This document shows, one piece after another, positions 38,870-46,043 of a DNA stretch of 64,000 nt. The position numbers were made by a program, and so were the translations under genes. The stretch's first letter is position 1. Every line of letters starts with the position of its first letter. This stretch comes from Victivallaceae bacterium (GTDB taxonomy: Bacteria; Verrucomicrobiota; Lentisphaeria; Victivallales; Victivallaceae). Location of the stretch: the NCBI GenBank assembly GCA_045654745.1, contig JAZONW010000015.1:2250-66249 (forward strand). The letters are read 5' to 3'. The notes beneath the pieces were generated by a model. The model had not been told where the DNA came from. It searched no databases and saw only the letters and a program-made list of their open reading frames with translations.

Positions 38870-40372
38870 ATGATAAATTCAACTTCAATCATAAAACATT
38901 ATTTTATTTTGGGAGCAATGGTGTTCGCAAATTTTTTGGTATACGGCAAAGCGTTTGACAAACGCAACTGGGAAATCCGGTATTCATCCTTTGACGGGGT
39001 GGAGGCACGGGCGGTGGAGTTCCTGTATGGCGAACTCGGCAACCGGATACTCCGCGATCCCGGCAGTTATGTCCTGCACACTTTGAAGTGTGAAAAAATT
39101 TTAGAAAAACTCCCTGAGTCCAATGCTTTTATTATCGGAGAATGGGGCAAAAATCCGCTGTTGCAGCGTTTTATCGACAAAGACGAAATCCCCGCTAATG
39201 GTTTCAGAATACGCATTGTGAACAATCCTGAATCAGCAGATCACCAGCTGGTCTTGATCGCCGGGGATGATCCGGCGGCGGTATTGTATGGTGTTGTTAC
39301 CTGTGTGGATGATATTCTGCCGGCGATGGCTCCGGATATCGGCGGCAGTATCAGATTCTGGGATAATATTTTTGAGCGTCCGCTGAAACCTTGTGATTAT
39401 GCTGATGCTCCGCAAACTCTCGTCCGCAGTGTCTTTACCTGGGGGCATCCGATCGGGAATTTCAGAGAATATTTCAAAAATATGGCGAGATTGAAAATCA
39501 ATAGGGTCTATCTCTGGAATGACTATCCTCCGCTTAATGCGCAGGAAATAGTTGATTTTGCTCACAGTTGGGGGATCGATATATTTTGGGGCTACGCCTG
39601 GGGATGGAGTACTGACTGTGCTGCTTCTGACTTGGCAGACTTGAATAAATTAAGCGATGAAATATACGCAAAATATCGTGATGTCTGGAGCAAACTCCCC
39701 GGAGATGGCATATACTTTCAAAGTTTTACTGAACTGCGCAGTGATAAGATCAACGGTAAATCTGTGGCCGAAAATGTTATCCAGTTGGTTAATATGACTG
39801 CACGCAGGATATTGCAGGATAAGCCCGACTTGAAAATTGTTTTCGGATTGCACGCGACTTCAGTAAAAAAAGATTTACCTGCGATTGCACAAACCGATCC
39901 GAGACTGGAAATTCTGTGGGAAGATTGCGGAGGTTTTCCGTATTACAATCTGCTCAGTGAGGATACAGCAAAAGATGACGAATTTGTACAGAGTCTGATT
40001 GATATGAAACGGGATATGGGATTGGTTTTCAAAGCTCAACTTATGCAGCAGTGGGTCGGCGGTTTTGTCCATCAGAAAGGTGCTTACATTATGGGATGCA
40101 ACGGCGAAAAAATGCATCAGCACGATGTCGATATCACCACACCTTTTTGGCGTGAATACAGCGCATTATGGCACCGTAATGCCCCGCGGGCATATCAGGT
40201 CGCCAAAGATATACACGCTGTTTCAAAACATATCGAGTTGAATCTTGCGGCTCAATTGAATGGGCCGGTGAATTTCCCGACTGCATTTGTTGCGGAAATT
40301 TTCTGGAGCACAAATAAATCTTGTGCAGATATCATCGATATTATTTTGCGCCGTTCATACGTCAGAAAATAA
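38870..40372 (+). CDS. Hypothetical exported protein, glycoside-hydrolase-like
   Basis: N-terminal signal/anchor. The LVLIAGDDPAAVLYGVVTCVDDIL segment is like the N-terminal domain of GH20/GH67-type enzymes. The catalytic family could not be determined. Confidence 0.4.
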   Translation: MINSTSIIKHYFILGAMVFANFLVYGKAFDKRNWEIRYSSFDGVEARAVEFLYGELGNRILRDPGSYVLHTLKCEKILEKLPESNAFIIGEWGKNPLLQRFIDKDEIPANGFRIRIVNNPESADHQLVLIAGDDPAAVLYGVVTCVDDILPAMAPDIGGSIRFWDNIFERPLKPCDYADAPQTLVRSVFTWGHPIGNFREYFKNMARLKINRVYLWNDYPPLNAQEIVDFAHSWGIDIFWGYAWGWSTDCAASDLADLNKLSDEIYAKYRDVWSKLPGDGIYFQSFTELRSDKINGKSVAENVIQLVNMTARRILQDKPDLKIVFGLHATSVKKDLPAIAQTDPRLEILWEDCGGFPYYNLLSEDTAKDDEFVQSLIDMKRDMGLVFKAQLMQQWVGGFVHQKGAYIMGCNGEKMHQHDVDITTPFWREYSALWHRNAPRAYQVAKDIHAVSKHIELNLAAQLNGPVNFPTAFVAEIFWSTNKSCADIIDIILRRSYVRK

Positions 40373-40380
40373 AACGAAAG

Positions 40381-41355
40381 TCAATACTGGTTCAGCATTT
40401 TTTGCAGAGCCTGTCTGAATTCCGCTTGAAGTTCTGTTGGTTCAAGCAGTTTGATATTGCCTTCCTGCGACAGGATAAAGGGAAAAAGCACTTCTTTTGC
40501 CACTGCCGGGATTTCCACCGTCCCATCTTGATGGATGACCTGGTGGCTGTGAAGCGGAGAAGATTTCAATCTGTCCAGAGCATAAGATTGAGCATGGAGT
40601 TTGACATTTCGGATTTTTTCAAATCCGAGGAAGTCATCCGGATTTACCGACTCAATGATTTTTTTATCTGGTTTGAATTCGCTTTTAAGCAATTCGGCAC
40701 TCTTTATCCGCTGTAAAGCAAAAGTCCGCGGTTGATTTTTCAGACGGCAGATACCTTTGGTGTACCAGGAATTATTGAAAAATACCATAGTATGCGGTTC
40801 AATGATCCTTTCTGATAAATTTTCCTGCCAGTCAGCATAAGAGATTTTTATCAGATGGCAGGTCTGCCAGCCTTGAAAGACGGTCATAAATATATGAGGT
40901 TCGAGATTGGCATACAATCCGGAAAGGATCGTCAGACTTGACATATTTGCAGTATCCAGAAAATCCGGATTGTTGTTTTGCAGCAGGAAATCCACTGCAT
41001 TACGGATTTTGTTTTTCAGCGGAGCCGGGAAAATATCTTCCGCGATCCTTGCCCCGATGACAGCGGCGATCATTTCGTTTTCATCCAGCAGGGCAGGGGC
41101 GATGAAATCCCAACCGTGGTGTTTGAGATAGTAACCATTGCGGGCGCGGTCAAATGCCAGCGGACAGCCGAATTCATCCTGCAGAGTTTTCATATCCCGC
41201 AGAATGGTTTTTTTACCGCAGTCGATTTCCAGTTCTTCTTCCACAGCAATGCGCCGGAATTCCTTGATCAGTGTTTCCGAATTCGGGTAGCGGTTTTCTT
41301 TGAGCAGGGCGGCGATCCGCATCAGGCGGTGGATCTGGGATTTTTGCATCGGCAT
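40381..41355 (-). CDS. WYL-domain transcriptional regulator (HTH-WYL-WCX architecture)
   Basis: N-terminal wHTH (IHRLMRIAALLKENRYPNSETLIKEF). Central WYL-like segment (IIEPHTMVFFNNSWYTKGICRLKNQPRTFALQRI). 324 aa. Confidence 0.8.
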   Translation of the reverse strand: MPMQKSQIHRLMRIAALLKENRYPNSETLIKEFRRIAVEEELEIDCGKKTILRDMKTLQDEFGCPLAFDRARNGYYLKHHGWDFIAPALLDENEMIAAVIGARIAEDIFPAPLKNKIRNAVDFLLQNNNPDFLDTANMSSLTILSGLYANLEPHIFMTVFQGWQTCHLIKISYADWQENLSERIIEPHTMVFFNNSWYTKGICRLKNQPRTFALQRIKSAELLKSEFKPDKKIIESVNPDDFLGFEKIRNVKLHAQSYALDRLKSSPLHSHQVIHQDGTVEIPAVAKEVLFPFILSQEGNIKLLEPTELQAEFRQALQKMLNQY

Positions 41356-41414
41356 AATGACATTCTCCGGAAAAAATTATGATTTTTTTTGTTTTCCTGA
41401 AACAAAGGGACAAA

Positions 41415-41428
41415 AGATGTCCACTTGC
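41415..41428. promoter_or_regulatory. 14-nt motif AGATGTCCACTTGC (core GGAC-N7-GTCC) in the WYL/MFS divergent region
   Basis: An exact reverse-complement copy lies at 45944-45957. This copy is 60-73 nt upstream of the WYL start codon. Confidence 0.5.
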
Positions 41429-41487
41429 GGATAATATATTACCTGTAATGAATAAATGCAAACTGCAAAATAAAAGGAGTTTGAATT

Positions 41488-41589
41488 ATGCTGAAAAAAT
41501 TTTTTATCAGAATTTTCCGCAGTGCAGATAAAAAAACGGTCAATACTTCTACGCCGTGCCGCTGCTGTCAACTGCTACTGCCTTTTTGA
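41488..41589 (+). CDS. Candidate 33-aa Cys-rich small ORF (MLKKFFIRIFRSADKKTVNTSTPCRCCQLLLPF)
   Basis: Strong SD AAAGGAG (41473-41479) 8 nt before the ATG. It is below the ORF-track cutoff and lies 126 nt upstream of the MFS gene. Confidence 0.3.
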   Translation: MLKKFFIRIFRSADKKTVNTSTPCRCCQLLLPF

Positions 41590-41715
41590 CAGAAAGAATA
41601 AAATTACCTGAAAGTTATTTTTCCTGTTTGTATTTTGCTGAAAAGGGTTCTATATTAACAAATAACTGAAAAAACATGTTAAAAAACAGCAAATATACAA
41701 CAAAGGGAATATTAT

Positions 41716-43005
41716 ATGATTTATCCAAGTCTGACCGATGCACAGATGAAAAAAAGCCAGAAATTTTATATCGGCTTTAATTTGCTCAACGGTATCGGTT
41801 ATCTCTGTGTTGGTGAAATGATCGGGCTGATAATCGCAACGTTGGGATTTCCAGATGTGATATACACTATCAACGGTGCACTTTTCAACATCGGCTGTAT
41901 CTGGCTGCCGCTCGGTAAGATCGCCACTTCCAAATGGGGTGCCGCCAAAACCCAGTCGAACTTCTGGATATTGCGTAATTTATCTGCCTTGATAATGGTT
42001 TCCTGCGTTATCTGGGTATCATTGGGATATATTTACATCGCCGGAGCGTTTTTGCTGTTTGGTGCATTTATTTTTTACGGTTGCCGTTCAGCCGGGGGAG
42101 TGATGTCAACCGCTTTGGTCGGAAATATTACAGATGCAGACGGCAGAGGCAAATTGCTGGCGTTTGCCAGTATGGCTCACAATATTGTCAGTGCAGTTAT
42201 ACATATCGGTCTGGGATGCCTGATGCTTTACAATCCGTCGATATGGATACTTTTCGGAGTGGTTATTTTTGGAGCGGTTTGCGGGATACTGTCTGCAGTT
42301 TGCCTGCGTTGTATCGATGAGAGCGATGCCATTATGAAAGCCGCAAAAACGCCTCTGATTGCCGATGCGTGGAGTTGTCTTAAAGATTCCGGTTTCCGCC
42401 GGATGGTCATCGCACAGGTTTGCTTTTCTCTGTCGACTGCATTGACTTTTGCGTTAAATGTCCTGATTTTGAAACGCGGATTCAATCTGCCCAATGGCTG
42501 GATCATGCTGATCAACTTTTTCGGCGGTCTGCTCTATGCTGCGGCGGCACGTCCGGCATCAATACTGGGGGATAAAATCGGTCCCCGCAAAGCGATGATT
42601 ATTGGGCACAGCGTGATGTTTTTTATAATATTTTTCTGGCAGGTCGTACCGGCGGAATTTCATTGGTGGAGTGTCGCGCTGCTGCTTTTGATGACCAGTA
42701 TCAGCAGTATGTGCTTCGGTATCTGCAGCGGGATGTACTTTTTGAGATGCATTCCGGTGAAGCACCAGCCGTCAGCTGCTACTTTACAGCAATTGATCAA
42801 CGGCGTGCTGACAGGTTTTATTGCGATGGGGCTTACCACGTTGCTGTGGAGTTTGTGCGACAGATATTGTGCAGATTACATCAGGATCGTTGAAACTTAC
42901 GGTATCGGAGTTGCCGGGATGGAACGTTACCGCTTTTTCTTTTTGCTTGCTCTGCCGTTTGTAGCTCTCGGCTGGATTGGTGTCTGGAGCCAGAAAGAGG
43001 TTTAA
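41716..43005 (+). CDS. MFS transporter
   Basis: 429 aa with about 12 TM helices. RBS AAAGGGA upstream. Confidence 0.7.
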   Translation: MIYPSLTDAQMKKSQKFYIGFNLLNGIGYLCVGEMIGLIIATLGFPDVIYTINGALFNIGCIWLPLGKIATSKWGAAKTQSNFWILRNLSALIMVSCVIWVSLGYIYIAGAFLLFGAFIFYGCRSAGGVMSTALVGNITDADGRGKLLAFASMAHNIVSAVIHIGLGCLMLYNPSIWILFGVVIFGAVCGILSAVCLRCIDESDAIMKAAKTPLIADAWSCLKDSGFRRMVIAQVCFSLSTALTFALNVLILKRGFNLPNGWIMLINFFGGLLYAAAARPASILGDKIGPRKAMIIGHSVMFFIIFFWQVVPAEFHWWSVALLLLMTSISSMCFGICSGMYFLRCIPVKHQPSAATLQQLINGVLTGFIAMGLTTLLWSLCDRYCADYIRIVETYGIGVAGMERYRFFFLLALPFVALGWIGVWSQKEV

Positions 43006-43609
43006 TTTTTAACGCGCCAGCTCATCTGTGAGCGGATGTGAGGGTATCGGATTGTCGTATCTCCGTAGGTTTGGTTTGTAAAATTACGGCAGAGAGTCCG
43101 AAGTTCTTTGTCTATGTAGATTTGGTCATTATCTTCTTCGGTTTTTTCCAATATTTTCAGCCGCCGGGCAAAGAGTGCGGCGTTGTCGTGCAGATATTTT
43201 TGAAAGAGTCTTTCCAAAATATCTGCCGATTCTGGTTGGAGGATCGTTCCGGAGGGTGAAAAATACCAATCAAAATCGGGAATGTTATCTTCCAGAGTGC
43301 TGCATTCCAGAATGGGTAAAACTTCCGGATTAACCATAAAATCGCATTTGATCTCCAGTTTGTAATAAATATTATTATCATCCCAATCGTCGACAAACGG
43401 TTTGGAAATGATTTCCCCGGCGGCAACGACACCGCAAGTTCCGTATCCGACTTTGATCATAAAAAACGATTGCCTATTTTTATATTTCTGTGTTCTTCAA
43501 CGGTAAGCTCGGTGCAATTATTTTCGTACATAATTGCTTCCAGAAATTGCTTCGTGGAGCAGTAAGGATTTGCCGGATCCCATCGGAGGATAATACAATT
43601 TTTTGTCAT
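43002..43609 (-). pseudogene. PUA/EVE-like-pattern protein split by a frameshift at a T6 run
   Basis: A 50-aa ORF 43457-43609 (MTKNCIILRWDPANPY...IKIGNRFL*) overlaps the ATG of ORF 43002-43460 (MIKVGYGTCGVVAAGEI...). One extra T in the T6 run (43461-43466) would fuse them into ...IKIGNRFFMIKVGYG..., about 202 aa. Confidence 0.5.
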
Positions 43610-43631
43610 AATATTTTCCATACAATATTTT

Positions 43632-44474
43632 TTATTTTTGACAAATCACAATGAAATCATTGATGAGTTTATCCAACTTTTTTCGGTCTTTGACCGCGGC
43701 AAGCCAGCGTTCAGGGATGGCGGAATATCCGTAATAAGCACCGGTAATTTGTCCGCAGACAGCGCCGATACTGTCGGCATCTCCCCCCAGATTGACCGCC
43801 GCTGTCAGAGCATTTTCAAAATTATCTGTGGTATGAAAAGCCCACAATGCTGCCTGAAGTGTGGAAACTACCCACCCGGAATTGTTTACTTTTTCCCGGA
43901 TGGTATATTCAGATACAACCCCGGTTTTACTGCCGGATAAGTGCTCCCGGCAAATGTCAGCCATTAAATCCAGTGTTTCCCGGACTTTACAACTGGCGTG
44001 AGTGAGATCGCTCACTTCGTGGATTATGCGGTTGCCCGGAGTGTCGCCATTAAGCAGCAAAGTCGGAGCAAAACGCATAATGGAGCCGTTGCCCTGCGAA
44101 TTTTCAAAACCGTTGACAAGATGCCCTTGTTTCAGTTCGGTGATCCCTTTTGCCGTCGCCGCGCCGACATCAAAAGCATAGTCCAGACTGGAACAGAATC
44201 CATCGTCATACCAGCGGATGAAATTACCGGCAATATCTTTGAGGTCGTATCCCTGACGTCGGACGGCACTTGCCATAATGCACAGAGCCATTGCGCCGTC
44301 ATCGGTCCAGTATCCCGCCGGCGTATTGAAGTGTTGACACGGTATCATTTCTGCGACATGAGGGAAAGAATCCATCTCCATAAATTGTACCGGCGAACCG
44401 AGACAATCTCCCACGATCAATCCCCACAGCATTCCCCGGATACGGTCATATTTTTCGGCAGTTATTGTATTCAT
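43632..44474 (-). CDS. ADP-ribosylglycohydrolase family protein (DraG/ARH-like)
   Basis: IRGMLWGLIVGDCLGSPVQF N-terminal motif, YWTDDGAM, and a C-terminal GGDADSIGAVCGQITGAYYG metal-site motif. 280 aa. Confidence 0.85.
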   Translation of the reverse strand: MNTITAEKYDRIRGMLWGLIVGDCLGSPVQFMEMDSFPHVAEMIPCQHFNTPAGYWTDDGAMALCIMASAVRRQGYDLKDIAGNFIRWYDDGFCSSLDYAFDVGAATAKGITELKQGHLVNGFENSQGNGSIMRFAPTLLLNGDTPGNRIIHEVSDLTHASCKVRETLDLMADICREHLSGSKTGVVSEYTIREKVNNSGWVVSTLQAALWAFHTTDNFENALTAAVNLGGDADSIGAVCGQITGAYYGYSAIPERWLAAVKDRKKLDKLINDFIVICQK

Positions 44475-44475
44475 T

Positions 44476-44877
44476 TTACAGATCTTTCATATAAATTTTT
44501 ACGGTTATCGTCACCCAGTTGCTGAATTCGGCAAATTCTACATTCACGACTTTGCCATAAAGTATTTTGCCTCCGTCTAGCAGGCGGGCAAGGATTTCAT
44601 TTTTTCTGCGCGGGACATATCCAAGTTTTTTTCCGGCTGCATTGTCGATACGGATCGCAAGATCATCATATTTATTATTTGCCTCCCGCACCAGGTAAAC
44701 AACAGTGCCTGTGGGCAGAGATTGAGCTTCTTTTTCAATGTCTTTGACAAAACCGGTTCCGGCGATTTCGCATTCCAAAAGAAAAAGTTCCTGCACAAAA
44801 GGCATTACAAGACCACCGCCTTTGTTAAGTTTGGCGATATCATTCCATTTGTCAAGTTTTATAAGATCATCTGCCAT
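44476..44877 (-). CDS. HIRAN-domain protein
   Basis: CEIAGTGF...GTVVYLVREANNKYDDLAIRIDNAAGKKLGYVPRRKNEILARLLDGG matches the HIRAN pattern (rep.N.yD.nAi.v....iGyvp...a..la.lld). The ATG at 44877 lies 2 nt after the upstream stop. Confidence 0.75.
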   Translation of the reverse strand: MADDLIKLDKWNDIAKLNKGGGLVMPFVQELFLLECEIAGTGFVKDIEKEAQSLPTGTVVYLVREANNKYDDLAIRIDNAAGKKLGYVPRRKNEILARLLDGGKILYGKVVNVEFAEFSNWVTITVKIYMKDL

Positions 44878-44879
44878 AG

Positions 44880-45695
44880 TTAATATTCTGCTCTTATCTC
44901 TTTGAGAAAGGTTATCTGGTTTTTGCAAATACGGATCTCGTTATCCAGTTCCCGCCGTTTTTTTCTTACCGCATCAGGGTCGGACAGGATGGTTTCATAG
45001 GAAAAAGGAATCCTCTGCCGCGTATCGGAAATCTGTTGGGTCAAATCAAAAGTTTTTTTCAGGATTTTTTCCAATTCCTCCCGCAGCAAAGTCAAAGAGT
45101 CTATTTTTTCAACATAATCGATTTTGCCGGAGAGTTTCTCCTCTGCTATATCAGCTAAAAGGAAAAGTTCGTCCCAGTCATTCGCTTTGTAAGCCGCCTG
45201 GATTTGCTCCCAAAGCATATCAGCACCGGCGGGGAGGTCGGGATTCAAATCCGGATGCAGTTTGCGAACGATGTCGTGATAGACTTTTTTGAAAGTTTTT
45301 ACTTCTTCATCAGTCCATTTCCTTGCTGCGAAATGCTCCCTCGCTGTTTGTAATTGGGTCTGCATGGTTTCCAGTTGTGTTTTATAGTCGGCGAATTCTT
45401 TTTCTATGATTTGCTTCACTTCATCATTGGTAATTTTTGTCTCCCGGTTGCGGGCAGCTTGAAAGAGCGATATTTCCCGTTTCAACCGCAGTATTTCCAC
45501 CTGACAGGAAAAAAGTTCATGTTCTTTTTTGCCTAGTTTTAGCATATATTCTGTTTCCAGATTTTTGCCGACCACGCCGATAAGCTGGGAATATTCTTCT
45601 ACCAAAGTGGTATAGTTTTCCCGGGCAAGTTGCAGATCTTTTTTTGTCTTTTCAAATTCGGGGCTGAGGGTCAAAAAATCTTTTGGGATTATCAT
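44880..45695 (-). CDS. J-domain (DnaJ-like) coiled-coil protein
   Basis: The central segment VKTFKKVYHDIVRKLHPDLNPD...WEQIQAAYKANDWDEL carries the HPD tripeptide. Flanking regions are heptad-rich. 271 aa. Confidence 0.7.
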   Translation of the reverse strand: MIIPKDFLTLSPEFEKTKKDLQLARENYTTLVEEYSQLIGVVGKNLETEYMLKLGKKEHELFSCQVEILRLKREISLFQAARNRETKITNDEVKQIIEKEFADYKTQLETMQTQLQTAREHFAARKWTDEEVKTFKKVYHDIVRKLHPDLNPDLPAGADMLWEQIQAAYKANDWDELFLLADIAEEKLSGKIDYVEKIDSLTLLREELEKILKKTFDLTQQISDTRQRIPFSYETILSDPDAVRKKRRELDNEIRICKNQITFLKEIRAEY

Positions 45696-45701
45696 TGAGT
45701 A

Positions 45702-45875
45702 TTACCTTTTTATTTCAGCTAAAAGTTCGTCACTTAAATAAAGTTGATCATTTTTGTCAGCGTTGAGCATATACAGAACATTGTGAAATAGTATCGCCCA
45801 TCGAAAACAGGTTTTTTGTGTATAATGTTTTCCGGGAAACGGGTCGTGTTGCAGCATAAATTCATAGCATCCCAT
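45702..45875 (-). CDS. Doubtful small ORF (57 aa from the first ATG)
   Basis: The track ORF starts at a TTG (45947). An alternative overlapping frame also exists. No recognisable motif. Confidence 0.15.
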   Translation of the reverse strand: MGCYEFMLQHDPFPGKHYTQKTCFRWAILFHNVLYMLNADKNDQLYLSDELLAEIKR

Positions 45876-45943
45876 CCGGGAATAACACAGTTTTTTCCAT
45901 AAAAACCTCCATGAAGATGTTTCTTTAATGTAATATAGTGCAG

Positions 45944-45969
45944 GCAAGTGGACATCTTGCGTCCACTTG
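45944..45969. promoter_or_regulatory. Inverted repeat CAAGTGGAC-N7-GTCCACTTG containing the 14-nt motif shared with the WYL promoter region
   Basis: 9-bp perfect arms (45945-45953 and 45961-45969). It lies between the Lon-like stop (46044) and the J-domain operon. No T-run follows, so it is not a canonical terminator. Confidence 0.5.
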
Positions 45970-46043
45970 AATTGTGGCGTAAAATATTTTTGATTTTTTT
46001 TTGAGAGAAACAGGTAGATATTCGGTTGTTTCGGGATGCCGGA

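Noticed and set aside
45945-45969. Inverted repeat as the terminator of the Lon-like gene
   Set aside because: No T-run follows it on the minus strand. The exact motif shared with the WYL promoter region makes an operator role more likely.
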